DNA of 64,000 bases from Paraspadella gotoi (Eukaryota; Animalia; Chaetognatha), in NCBI GenBank assembly GCA_051294375.1, contig CM119266.1, forward strand, positions 26,897,932 through 26,961,931. The letters run 5' to 3'. Made by a program: the position numbers and the translations under genes. Shown in pieces: positions 11,601 to 33,297 of the stretch; positions within the stretch are counted from its first letter, which is position 1; each line of letters opens with the position of its first letter. The notes under the pieces were generated by a model. The model searched no databases and was not told the DNA's origin. It saw only the letters and a program-made list of their open reading frames with translations.

Positions 11601-14600
11601 AACATGATGGGTGGTAAAATCGTAAGAAATTGCAACCTATCGATTTTTGTCTTTTTGTATAGAATATTAGAAGTCGAAGCTTTCGGGTCGTTAGTGAAAA
11701 TTGTAGAAACACACTCACCCCTCGCTACGTCCTCGCACGGGCGCGAAAAGAAGGACGCATCGTTAAGTTTGGTGCCCCATTTCTCGTACACAACGCGCAC
11801 AGACCCGTTACTGTCCTTGACTGCGTCGCAAAGTTTGACGAGGTGCTCAGGAACTTCTCTTTGAGTGGAGGCCCCACCTGAGCCTGCGAGGACGGTCAGC
11901 GTCGCGATTCTTCGCAATAAAGGGACGAACATGATCGATTAAATTTTCTTTATTCCCCGTTTTAGAAATCGGGAAATCCTTGACGAGTCTCTACGAATTC
12001 TTGAAGAAGAAGAGAGCTCGGACACACAGCTCCGCGATCAGTTCAAAGAGAGATGGACGCGGACAGCCTCTGGTCAGCTGACGGAACCGCTCAAGTCGGA
12101 AGGCAATAAGTACAGGTATGTAAAGAATAAAATGGCGGCTTTGTTGTTTTGTTCCCTGTTAGAATCGTTAAAAATTCCGATTCGGATATAAGGCAAAAAA
12201 GGCACTGTACGCTTCAAATAAATCGAAAGTGATTCTTTGGCAAACACCGTTGCGTACATATCCGCGCGGCAAAACTCTACCCATCTGGTTCTTTTTACCT
12301 CTTGTCGAGCGTGGCGTAGAATTACGACGCGTTTTTCTTTCCAAAGCAAACAAAACGATTTACTCTTTATTTCCTTGGTGTCTCTTTACATTTTGTGGTG
12401 TCAATTTATCCGCACCAGTTAGGAGCGTTGTCGTTTAGCGACAATTATTTTGTGATCCCCTTAATAACAAATTTCCCCGCCCCTTTTCCTCCGCACCCTC
12501 CCCTCTCACCCATTTTGACAGCCAAATCCTCAACAACGCCATCGCAGCGGATTCCATAGTCAAGACCAAGTATGCGGACAACAAAGAAGGATTCCTGCTG
12601 CTGTCTAAAGACGAGTCCAGCCTGAAGAGCAGCTTACCGTCGGCGTCGCCGGCCGCCGCGCTGCAGGGCTCGCCCGTGGTGGCCGGTGAGACAAAAGAAA
12701 GATTTCGTTTCAGATTCGAATCTGGAGGATTCTTCTTTTGCCTGTTTGTCCCCTTTTGTTTGTTTTTTCTTTGTTTCGGGTAGAATCTAGACTTTTATCG
12801 ACTTTTCTATGCGGCCCAGAGCTTCGCGGATACATGGAGCAAGTGGAGACGATGAAGGCCGAGCGCGATGTCGTCGAGGCTGAATTGAAGGCTTTGTCTG
12901 AATCAAGCGCCAACGCCAATATGAGAGAAACGTTTTTGAAGGTAAGTTGAGTGGGAGATAAACAAATATAAAAGCATTTTAAAACCATTCTTTGATCCTT
13001 TTCTGTCAAGGCGTTAGCCTCTGACGGGGCGCTAACTGGAACCGAGGCCTCTCTTTCGGAAACGGAGCTCGACAGATTGTTTCAGCCTTTAAGAGAACAG
13101 GTTAACGAAAGTTTGAAGCGCCAAGAAGATCTACTGGCGAACATCCAACGGACCAACACTCAGTTCAGTGAGCAGGTAGTTTTTGCTTTTTAATTAAAAA
13201 AAACTGAACTCTTGTCTTTGGTTAATACTTAATACCATGATGGGGGAAAAAAAATGGTCGCGGTTTGGAAAAGTCGGTTAATTTCATTGTCAAATATATT
13301 TTTTGGCTGGTAAATAAGTGTAATAAAAATAAATAACTGAATAAAAATATTTTTTCATTTTAACAAAATCTTTAATTTTCTTTTTTTTGGACTTGTTTGA
13401 TATTTTGTTCTGATTATAACTTTTATTAATACTCTACAATATAAAAAAATATTCTGGAGCATCAACAGCATTAATGTATTTTTAATTCCGTTATTTTTTT
13501 GACATATGAATTAAGATGGAGATGATGCAATAACTATTTGACATGAGACTGAGAAAAGGAAAGGATTTTAATTGTAATAAAAAAACTTAAAAATTAGTAT
13601 AAATAAAAAGTATAAATATAAAGATGATTAAAAAAAAGGAAGTATTTTTTTTTGGACAACTCATTTTCTTTTGCATAGAACTCTTGTATTTTTTGTCGTA
13701 TATAAATGAGACACAACTCATATAAATCACAAAAGGCCAAAGTTTATCGATTCTCACATTAAAATGCCGAAAAATAATTGGAAAGTAACCACGACAATTT
13801 TTTTTCCATCATTGTATTATAAATAGCTTATGTAAATTTATTGTTTTTTTAGAAATCATCCGGGGGCAACGAACGAGAAACAATGTTGAAGAACATATCC
13901 ACTGCGTTTGACGCTTTCATGGAATTGAAAGGAAATTTAGAGGAAGGAACCAAATTCTACAACGACCTGACGGAAATCCTTGTCAAGTATCAGTCAAAAG
14001 TAAGATTCGTTTACCCTCTGGTCTGATTACCGTTCGACTTTAATATGATTGTGTTTTGTTATTTGTATTTTAGGTTCAAGATTTCTGCTTTGCCCGACGG
14101 ACGGAGAAGGAGGAGCTGCTTAAGGACCTTAACGCCAACATTGCGAGACAACCGGCCTCCTCGGCCCCGAAGACGCCGGCCTATCAGCAGTCTACTCCTG
14201 CGGCAGGTGCGTTGTCCTCTCTCTTTTACCCTCGATCGTGGGTTGTTTCGCGGCCGTAAAACCTTATTTTCAAAGGATTGAGCCTTCAAGAATTTTGTTT
14301 TTTATCCCACCCAAAATAAAATAAACAACGTAAAGGCGATCGGCAGGCTCCGGAAAGGCCTCCTCCCCCTGCCCGACCCCCACCCCCTAACATTGCCACC
14401 GCAGGACCGGCGCCCCCGGTGCCAGCGAGGGGGTCATCGCCGGCGGGTGAGTCAGAGACCTTCCCCCTCTAATGGTTAAAAAAAACCTCGGTTTTTCGTT
14501 GATGATGTTAGCAGTTTTGGTTGGTGAGCGCGATCTTGACATAGCGATTAGTCGCTTTTTACGTATATAGATAAATGAAATGCTTAGAAATAGAATGGCC

Positions 14601-15357
14601 TTCAAGCTTTAAAAGTTCTCCAACTATTTTGTTATTCCTTTTGTCAAAAAAACCTTGAATCGGTGCGCGTTAAGGTACAAAGAAAAATCATTAACAGTAA
14701 TACCGTGTAATAATTTGTTTACAATAAACACAAACCTTTCTTTTTTTTACTTTCATTATTTTTACTTTCATTATTTTTACTTTCATTATTTTTACACTAC
14801 GCTACTATGGATTACTTAAAACTTACGGGAATCATGACAAGTTCTCTTCAAGAAATTTACTAATATTACATTATTAACATTACATTATTATTTTACTTTA
14901 CTACGGCTTGTTTAAGTTATTTGGAACTATAATTCTTGCCATAAAACTTCATTTTTTCTTCCGCAGTACCCTCTTCTACCGCCCCTGCTCCGCCTCCTAC
15001 AGCTCCTTGCGGCGTACCTCCCCAAGCTCCTTACCCACAACAGCCGCCAGCGGCGCCTGGCTACATGCCGCCATATCCTCAGCCGTATGCGCCGCCCCAG
15101 GCAATGCCCTATCCAAATTATGGAGCACCGCAACCCCCTTACGGGTATCCGCAGCAACCGCCTGCGCCGCAGGGCTACAATCCTTATGCACAGCCTTACC
15201 CTCAACAGCCGCCGTACGGCCAAGGTAGGTTTTTTAAGCCTGTTCAGTCTGTATTCAGTTATAGTGTGTTAAGAATTAAATGCCATTTTTTATTTTTTTA
15301 GCATATCCACCGCCCGGATACCCTGGTTACCCACCACCACAGCAACAATGGCGATAG
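5642..15357 (+). CDS. PDCD6IP: ALIX / programmed cell death 6-interacting protein (Bro1, V and Pro-rich domains), multi-exon, with a ~4.1-kb intron at ~7848-11965
   Basis: [57 protein letters not shown] and a Pro/Tyr-rich tail ending QQQWR*. Confidence 0.96.
7997..8707. mobile_element. MITE with ~34-bp TIRs and TA TSD in the ALIX intron
   Basis: TA|CCCCCGTGTCCGTTCGCGAGTGACACCAAAAAAA ... TTTTTTTGGTGTCACTCGCGAATAGACACGGGG|TA. Confidence 0.85.
8888..8967 (-). ncRNA. Twister ribozyme type P5 in the 3'LTR (T2 GC dinucleotide lost, probably inactive)
   Basis: Minus strand: CTGGC CTAA TTGT G A CGG A GCCGGTC TAA ACAT A CAGTGA-loop-TCACTG A GGG TCCACAGC CCC TAAC GCCAG. Confidence 0.65.
9336..9415 (-). 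ncRNA. Twister ribozyme type P5 in the 5'LTR; predicted U^A cleavage between 9389 and 9388
   Basis: Minus strand: CTGG CTTAA TTGT G A CGG A GCCGGTC TAA ACAT GC CAGTGA-loop-TCACTG A GGG TCCACAGC CCT TACA CCAG. Confidence 0.72.
9705..11932 (-). CDS. Divergent ionotropic glutamate receptor / Ionotropic Receptor (IR)-like gene, nested antisense in the ALIX intron
   Basis: S1 [10 protein letters not shown]...DGLWG...[14 protein letters not shown]...[13 protein letters not shown]; M1 YPFAAITW; M3 [10 protein letters not shown]...[11 protein letters not shown]; S2 [13 protein letters not shown]...C; M4 hydrophobic exon. No amino-terminal domain. Confidence 0.85.
13235..13814. mobile_element. Degenerate MITE with TA flanks in an ALIX intron
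   Basis: TA|CCATGATGGGGGAAAAAAAATGGTCGCGGTT ... AACCACGACAATTTTTTTTCCATCATTG|TA. Confidence 0.7.
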
Positions 15358-16014
15358 CTCGATTTTATCTGTTGAACTGAAGCATGGATTCCAAACGCTG
15401 ACTTTTAAATACAACAGAAATATATTTTGGTGATCATAGACTTGTATATTTAGGTGGTGTTAGCGACACCTTGTCCTGTTCAGTAACATTTGTTTAAGGA
15501 TAGCTATTGCGTCAAGGGCATGCGGTCTCTCGCATTAAATTTTTGTCTTCTATAATGGCTTATTAAAACATATTTTTATTGACCTAGACGTCAGATATTG
15601 CTTCTAAGAAAATTTATGGCCTCTTTACATTTTTTTTCAATACTTCTGTGATTTTTTTATAATTTAATGTAGTTAATCTATTATTATTTCAGTCATTTTA
15701 GTTTTTTTATTTACGTGGGCCTGGTCACTGAAACTCGAGGAGCTGGGAAGTGATAACTAATTATGGTGTCAAAAAATTCTTGGGGCAAACTATTTAAGGC
15801 CGTGTGCCAATTTGTCTTTATTTTTATAAAGTAAATTTTAGTTCCTCACCTCCCTTACCCCATCCGCAAAAATAGTTTTAAAATAACTGTTTCGCTGTGT
15901 AATGAAAAAATAAACTTTGATAACAACCCATTTATTTTTATATGTATATTTTTGCTATTAGTCCCACAGTGTTCATTATTTGGCCACGAATCGTAGCTAA
16001 TTAGAATTGACCCC

Positions 16015-16682
16015 ATGACTTCGGCCGGTGGGTTCGTGACCCATGTTAGTTGCGCCCTCTTTTACTTCAGCTTGATAGAATGGCTCTCGTCGACCTGCAA
16101 CAGAATCCCCTTCCTCTCCAAAATTCCCTGTTTCGTCTTCGCCGTGACTTCCACCCTCTCGCTCCTGTTGTATCTCACCGTCTGGTTCGCCTATCAAGTA
16201 AAATTCGTAAATGGTTATTATTATTAACAATTATGTACTAATTGATAATTTATTTCCAGAAATTGTCCAAAGACATTATAAAGTGGTTTTTCCGCTTCGA
16301 CGACTTTGATCTCGATCTCAAGATCCAACCTCTCTTGGCCGTCGTCGTCGCCGCCTCCTTCCTCGACGCCGCCCTCGAGATCGGCGTGCCCGGTAATTCA
16401 CCGGGCTTCGGCATAGGCGGGCTCCGAGCCGCCTACGAGGTCGTTCTCTTCCTGGTGTTACGCTGCGTCGCTGTCGTCAAGTGGACCTTGAAAAAGATTT
16501 TCGTATATTTCGTCTACATCCCCGCCATAACTCCGCTTCGGTTTTTCTGGGATTTGACCCCGCGGGTCGTCAAATGCGGCTTAGGTTTTCTGGCTGGCCT
16601 CAGCGGGGTCGTCCTAGTCGTTAACGAAGTGCTCGACTTGTTCGATGCCGAAACGGAAGAGGAACTCGAGTCGGATCCATGA
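16015..16682 (+). CDS. Uncharacterised multi-pass membrane protein, ~201 aa, exons 16015-16197 and 16260-16682
   Basis: Two GC-rich ORFs joined in phase by a GT-AG intron, with several hydrophobic segments and an acidic C-terminus. No family recognised. Confidence 0.65.
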
Positions 16683-17417
16683 AAATTAATACTATAGTAC
16701 TATTGTACTATTGTATTGAAAATGATTTCTTTTCTCGTGGGAGAAAAACAAAAGATATGTTAGACTTCATCCAAACAATAACCGAGGTTTTATACTTCGA
16801 CCATGCTGAGAACGGGCGTAATTTACGAGTCATTTGTCAGAAATATAGTTTTCGCGAAAGTCAAACGGGGCCTCTCGTTTGTCTTTTGTTTTATTTTTCG
16901 GAGTTCTTGGTTTGGGGGAATCTCCGACAGAGGGATATTTTTTTGACACACTCACTTGTACTGGATATCGGTCGCCGTGAAAATTAAATGTTTCTTCTCG
17001 GAATACTGACTGTAATCGCTCTGGATTTTATTTATTGGGTTCTCTCAAATTACCTTTTGGGTGGCTTTTTGATTGTGAACCATATTTAGCTGCGACAACT
17101 TTTAAAAACAGTTTGGAAGTAATATTTATGTGATACTACGTCGCAACAACGTCCCTAAATAAGTACAGTGCTTTTGTTTTTCTGTTACCAGATTTTCGAC
17201 TATATTGTTGCGTTAACTCTTTATAATTATATTTTGTTTTATAGTTTGCTAAAATTTCTCGCTACAACTGGCTGGGATTTTTTTGTTATTAAGTTGTAAT
17301 ATTTACACATAACAAAAATACTAATTGTAATGAGAGTTCATGCGACGTTAAAAAAACAAGGAATCGTTCGTTCATGCTAATTCGATGTGTGGATGAAGGC
17401 TTCGTCTCATTCTGCTC

Positions 17418-19702
17418 TCACTCCTCCTCGGCGATCTTCGATTTTCGATCCTTGAAGGAGGAACCCTTGGTGCTCCTGGACCGGTGCCACTCGGGCGTTT
17501 CCTTAGTTTCCTGATTCGAAAGATTTATGTTGTATTAGTTGAATTAAAATTCCCTCGACCATAGTGGATCGATTCCTACCTCCTCCTTCAGACCCTTGGT
17601 GAAATCTGTGAACTTGTCAACCTGTCGCAGGGTCGTGTTGAGCGCCGGAAATTGCGACGCCTTCTGCTGCTCCTGCATTCGCGCTAATTTGGTCTGCGTT
17701 TTGGAAACTCGGTTCAGTATCGGCTTGATGCTGTGGAAGAAAGGGCGCGTCTCTGCGGTTTATCCAATTCTTGCTGAATTAACTTACGTGAGAATTAAAC
17801 AATAATTTTCTAATTGTGGCCGAATTCGGACCTACTAGTATCTTTGCTCACAGCTTTCGGTCATTGTTACATTTTTGGGGCTTATCAAAGTAGTAATACT
17901 AAATTTACAATTTGCCCTTGATGTCGTTAATCCTGACGACGGCTTCATTGATCTCGAAGTCCTGTTGGCAGAGCTGCTTCTCCCACTCGTAGGTCTCGTC
18001 GTGCAGGTCCAAGATTCTGCGGTAGAGCGACTTGCAGAGCTCGATCAGGTCTAGAGTCAACCGCAAAAGGTTTTTATTTTTTAATCTTTATCATATTGTC
18101 AACTGTACTGTTTACGTAAAACAAATCTCACCCTTCTGCGATAACCCGTCGATTTTTAGGGGTTGAACTTTCTTCTCCAGATACTCGTCTCTGAGACGAT
18201 CCTTTTTCTCCGCCTCCAACTTCAGATCCTCCATCGCCCTTTTCATAATGAGGAGCTTTAGCTTGCGCCGACGATCCGGCGTCAGCTTAAACTTGCGGCG
18301 CGCCTGATGCCGGATAAAATGTGGGTAAGACTTTTTAGGTTTTTAAGATGCCGCGGACTGTTACCGAGACCTCTTGTAGACTCACTGATTAGCCTACCTT
18401 AGATTCCTGCCTTGATACGCCCCCCTCGCTCTGCCCGCCTCCGCCGATGCTTCCTCTCTTCTGCACCTCGAAACGTTCGTCGCGCAGCTTTCGCTCGGAG
18501 GCTCGACGCGCTTCCGCCCTTCGCTTCTCCTCCTGCGTTCGCTTCATTTCTTTTTCTTTTCGTTTCTGTTCCTCGCGATCTTTTTCCTCCCTTTCCTCCC
18601 GTTCCCTTTCCTCGCCTTCCCTTTCCTCGCCTTCCCTTTCCTCGCGTTCCCTTTCCTCGCGTTCCCTTTCCTCGCGTTCCCTTTCCTCGCGTTCCCTTTC
18701 CTCGCGTTCCCTTTCCTCGCGTTCCCTTTCTTTTCTTTCCTGTCGTTGTTTTTCCTCACTCTCTTGATTTTCCTTTTTTTCTTTCTCCTGCTTTTCTCTT
18801 TCTTCTCTTTTTCTTTGATCTATTTCCTCCCTTTCTCTCTCCTCTTTTTCTTTCTCTTCCCTTTCTCGTTCTTCTCGTTCTTCTTTTTCCTTAGCTTCTT
18901 GCTCCCTTTCGGCTTCCTCTTTTTCAGCTTTTCGTTGTCTTTCTCTTGTCTCTCTCTCTTTCTCTTCGTTCGTTTCTTTCTCCTCGGTACCGGCAGAGTA
19001 GTTATCTCTAAAAACATTTTTAATAAAAGCAGTTTTATCATTTTTAGTTACTGCTCGCAGACCTGCTATTTGGTATTTACCTTTCCTGCCTTCTGGCCTC
19101 TCTCCTTTCGCGCCTTCGCCGGTCGCTGTCGCTTTCTTCCTCTCTGGCAATGATCCTTAATTGTTTGAATTTTATTTTTAGTGCCATTAGTGCAATTAGT
19201 CTTGCTCAATACTCATTTATTGTTTAAATGTCATATTGTTTCAAATCGTTTAATCTTCTTATTGTCTTAATTGTCAAATTGTCTCTTTTATTTCCAAAAA
19301 AAAAAAAAAAAAAATTCCTCTCTGGTTTTCCCAATATTTTTTGACGAGAATTTATGAGGATTAAATAGAAAAAGGAAGGTGAATATGAATGCTGAGTCGC
19401 GCGTGATTGGAATCACTCGACCATAGTCTCAAGGTCTTATATTTCCTACCCGCAATATCAATCGTACTTACCCCCCGGTCGGCGTTTCCTTCGCCCTCCG
19501 CCGGTCCCGCCTATAGTCGGTCTCCTCTCCGCCTTTACTTGATTCCGCTCTGGTCAAGTTAAAAACGTTTTGACAAGACGTTCTCTTTTTAAATATGGGT
19601 AAAATTGTTTTCAAAGTATTTGTAAAATCGTTTTTACGTTTCTAATCGTTTCTTGCGCCGCTCCTCTCGTCTGGCTTCTCTCTCGGCGTCGTAATCCGCC
19701 AT
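17418..19702 (-). CDS. TnI: Troponin I, lophotrochozoan type, with a long Glu/Arg-rich N-terminal extension
   Basis: MADYDAEREARREERRKK... LTPDRRRKLKLLIMKRAMEDLKLEA, ETYEWEKQLCQQDFEINEAVVRINDIKGKFIKPILNRVSKT, ETPEW. Confidence 0.92.
18592..18730 (-). repeat. Coding 15-nt tandem repeat (EREER/GEERE) in troponin I
   Basis: (TTCCCTTTCCTCGCG)n on the plus strand, about 8-9 units. Confidence 0.9.
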
Positions 19703-20886
19703 CGATATCCTCTCTCGCTCGCCCGATTCTCTCGCCGATACTGCGGGCGACGCTGCGGTAAAAATCGAAGAAAGATCCTCGGTAATATTAAGAGAGCGAA
19801 AAAGGATTTCGTTAAACTATGTAACAAAATCCTGTGGCTATGAGCTTTATACATATAGGTCCGCGTTCAATGAATAATTATTAATTCAATTCCCTTTTTT
19901 TTTTAAATTCGTGAATCGAATGGTTATCTCAGCGTAGGAAAAAAAATGATTATTTTCCTAGATTCCTTTGTCGATGAGATCGCGATAAATATTAGTCTCT
20001 TGAGAAGGCTGCCAAGAATAACAGAGGCGCTGGAAGATTCTGGAGGAGTGTTTCATACAACATTTTAACGTAAACTGAACTTTGTGATTAGATCTTGATG
20101 AAAGCAATTAAAATTGTTTTTTTATTATAGGAAGTACGTACAAGTACATGTTTCTAATTTTTTAAAACAAAATGAGTCTGGAAAACGTTTATACTTGAGG
20201 CCTTTTCTAGCGGAGAAAGAACATTTTGATGATCACTGTGATTATCACTGTGCTGCTCTCTCGATTCTGTCCGAAGTTTTAAACAAATCGTCTCCGCTCA
20301 AAATTGTGAAATCCAAGTTATCTTTTCCCGTCCTCGATCCCGAGCGTCTGGATCGTGCCGCCGAAATCGAAATGGTGGAGGGGAAGAGTGAAGTGGGTTC
20401 CTCAGAATCGAGAATAATCGTGGCTGAGGGAACTTTTTTTTTAAGAAAACGATAGTGGGGACCACCACAGCCTCGAAAAACTCCAACCGAGCACATTCTC
20501 AATCCTCAACACCCACTTGTAAGCCAAGTTAGTTAACTTGCCACCACCCCACCGCTGTAAGCGCATTTAGCCGTCGGCATCTGGGACTCGTTAATCTTGG
20601 GTAGACTTTCGACAACTTTTCGGAAGAGGGGTTTATTTCTGCTCAGACCCCCCCCCTGATTTATTTTTGAACTTTTTGTATAATCATTGTAAACTATTTA
20701 TTTATAATAATGATTTATTTTAACTTTTTGATCTCTTATTTGGATTTTCAAATTTGCCCGAATTCGCAGTTGACTCGAAAGCACCAACAGGCCTTACGCT
20801 CCAATCCCCAACTCCCTCCATCCGAGACAAAAAAGATCTTCAAATTAAATCCTCTTAGTCATCGACCGTTTCTAGACGCGGGAAAG

Positions 20887-22738
20887 ATGACTCTGAGCAA
20901 GCACGATGCGGGCGCCGACAGCGAGGCCTCTACTCCGTACAAGGGCAGTCGCTGCTGCGTCGGCTTCTTTCAGTGCCATCTATGCGGCCACGAGTGGTCC
21001 AGCGTCTTCTCTTGGGCCAACTCGGGCCAGATCTGCAAGCCCTGTTCCTCGGGTTCCGGTCGCGGGCGTCGTCAAGTCTGGGTCCTTCCCTTTCGCCAGA
21101 TCCCCAAGGCCAGGAAGCACGAGTTCTTCTGCGTCGATTGTGATCGCTACATCGCCGAGTCTTACCGCAACCGGGATGCTTATCAGGTTTATCGACGGCT
21201 GCCTTGTTTATCGTTAATATTGTTTAAATTAATTTATAAAATGCTATAACTCCCAGGGCATTCACTGCAAAGGCTGCAAGAAGATCGTCTTCCCCGACTG
21301 GGAATTCGTGTGCGACTCGTGCGACTCCTCGACCCTGATGGCTCTGTCAAAGGGAGTGGCCATGCGGGGCATCGATTGCGAATGTGGATCCTTTCTCTAC
21401 CCTAAGCACATGAAGAGCCTCAACAAGAAGCACGAGAGCCGCTTCTGTCAAAAGTGTCAAGAATTGGGCGTTAGTTGCTGCAGCCCCGCGGTCAAGCGAG
21501 CCGGCGTTGTTGCCGACGTCCCGGCCGTAATGAGCCGTCTTCCGGTGAAAGCTAGAAAGGATTCCCGAGAGAAGACGACGACGGAAAGAAGGCGTCGCAC
21601 CTCCTCGGGTCGCGCCTCCACTGGTCGCACCAAAAAAGTTTCTACGTCGAGCGAAAACGAAGCGGGAAAAGTCACTCATAAGAGGACCGCCACAGTTCAA
21701 GGAGCAGCCCCCGTTGCTGCCTCCGCCAAGCCTCGTCGAAAACAAGTACGCAAGACTTCGTCGCGCGGAGTCAAAGATGACAGTGGATTTGGTGAGACGA
21801 CGGCTGCGGAAACGTCGGTCGAGTCAGCCGCCGCTCCCGCCCCACGCGGCGCCAGCCGCGGCGGTCGGGGCGGTCGCGGCGGTAGGGGTCGCGGCCCTCG
21901 CCCCGCCACCGGCAGGGCTCGTAAACCCCGGAGGTCTCTTGGCGAAGAGGAGGAAACCGTGGACGTGGATTTTGCAAAGGAATCCAAATCGGCACCGACG
22001 CCTAAGAATGCCGCTTCCGATTCCGCCGGCGCCGGGCCTCGACGCAAGAAGCTTTCCCAACCTCGACGCCGTCGCAGCGTGAAGAGCGAGAACGGCGCCA
22101 ACGATGCAGCGTCCAAGAGCGACGCCGCCCTAAAAGCGGAAGTGGAGGCGTTGGCCGATAAAGTCGCGACCGCTGTAGTTATCGACGCTGCAACGGAAGC
22201 CTATGCCGCCCGAGCTAAGAGCGATGCCTCCAACATCGCTGATGTCCAAGCCGCTTCCGTTAAGCCAGGCGACGAGAATAACAACGACGCTGCTGATAAA
22301 GAAGTAAAGCAAGTGGAGAAAGTCGTCGAAATCGGTGGTGGTGAGAACGATGCTGCCACAGCTTCCAAGACGAAGGAGGACTCGCCCGATCTAAAGGCGG
22401 GTCATCCTCCAGCGCTCAAAGTGGGAGGCCGTCGCGTCTCCAGGAGCAACCGAAAAAGTGAGTCCGAATCGGGTGCCGCTGCCGAGAGGCGCAAGTCCGA
22501 ATCCGCGCCTGAAGAATATGGCGCCGTGCCGGAAACCAGCGCTGAAAGAGAAAATGACGCCACGATGGATAAGAAAGCCGAGGGCGGAGTCGTCGCGACG
22601 TTGCACCCCAAGTCGCCAGTCAAGCAGGCGCCATCGCCGACGAAACCTTCCCCCACCAAGGACGCCATCAGGATTCCGAAGCTTAATGCTCAGCATCCGA
22701 TTCACAAGTATCCGATTCAGCAGCCGAGGAAGGACTGA
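20887..22738 (+). CDS. Fusion protein, ~593 aa: ZCCHC24-type 3CxxC zinc finger, RGG/basic disordered linker and C-terminal DAP1 (death-associated protein) domain; exons 20887-21186 and 21257-22738
   Basis: TPYKGSRCCVGFFQCHLCGHEWSSVFSWANSGQICKPC...HESRFCQKCQELGVSC matches the ZCCHC24 C-terminal domain. LKAGHPPALKVGG...IQQPRK matches both DAP-family motifs. Confidence 0.85.
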
Positions 22739-23651
22739 TCCAACGGCACATTCGAAATTATTGGGTTATTGTGGCTGGAAATATTTACAAGAGGTTCTGA
22801 CACATTATTTTTATCATTGGTTCAGGAGACCTAGTGATTTGCCTGAGATAAGAATTGACGCACCATTAACCAATTTTTCGTGATTTATTTGTCATAAGCT
22901 TGGAGAGAGTCTTGCTCTGATTTTAGTCGTCGGAGTTAATTTTTGTGACGTCTCAGCCTCAGGTTATTTGCTATTTTCCTGTAGTCTTTTATGCGCCATA
23001 ATTAACGGTTTAATTAGAGTTTATAAAAAAGCTTTGATCCCAAATTTTTTGAAGATTATCCTGTGAGCGTATATTTTACTCAGAAGTTCGTGTTGAACAT
23101 CTTTATCAGTTTGATTCAACTAACGCGTCCTCTGCCGAAAGGTGCCTTAAAAAATGGGGATCAGGCAAAAAATTGGTGCTGGTGTTTAATCATTATTTTT
23201 CTGGTATAAATTAGATATAAAAAAGTTGCCTGCATTCCATTTTAAACGTTGATCGTTGAATTTTCATTTATATGTATACACTAAATTTGAACCCTTCCAA
23301 TTTACTCTTGTTATAGTTTTAGCGAAAGTTAATTCTCTGTTGAAATTCTTTACAATCAATTTACCTAGCTTATTTAAGAAAACCAATATTGCATTAGATT
23401 ATTATTCTTCTCGCCAGATTGTCTCTTTCCGCGTTATCTGAGTGATTAATCGATTTTTGATTTACAGATCACAATAAAAATTTCGTCCTTTCTCCCTTGA
23501 CCACCGACATAAAAATGTGCACCACGTAAAAAGCGTGAAAATATTTTCGAAAAGACGAGAGACTGCGATAATTTGCGTCTAGATTATCAATGCTTTTTTA
23601 TGCGTAAAACTGACATATATTATTCAAGTAACCGATCGCATAAAAACTGAC

Positions 23652-33297
<9,646 letters not shown>

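Noticed and set aside
18412-19153. Long plus-strand ORFs rich in F/P/S
   Set aside because: Antisense shadows of the purine-rich troponin I exon.
20114-20455. 113-aa ORF between troponin I and the zinc finger-DAP gene
   Set aside because: No coherent gene model or motif. It could be an exon but cannot be supported.
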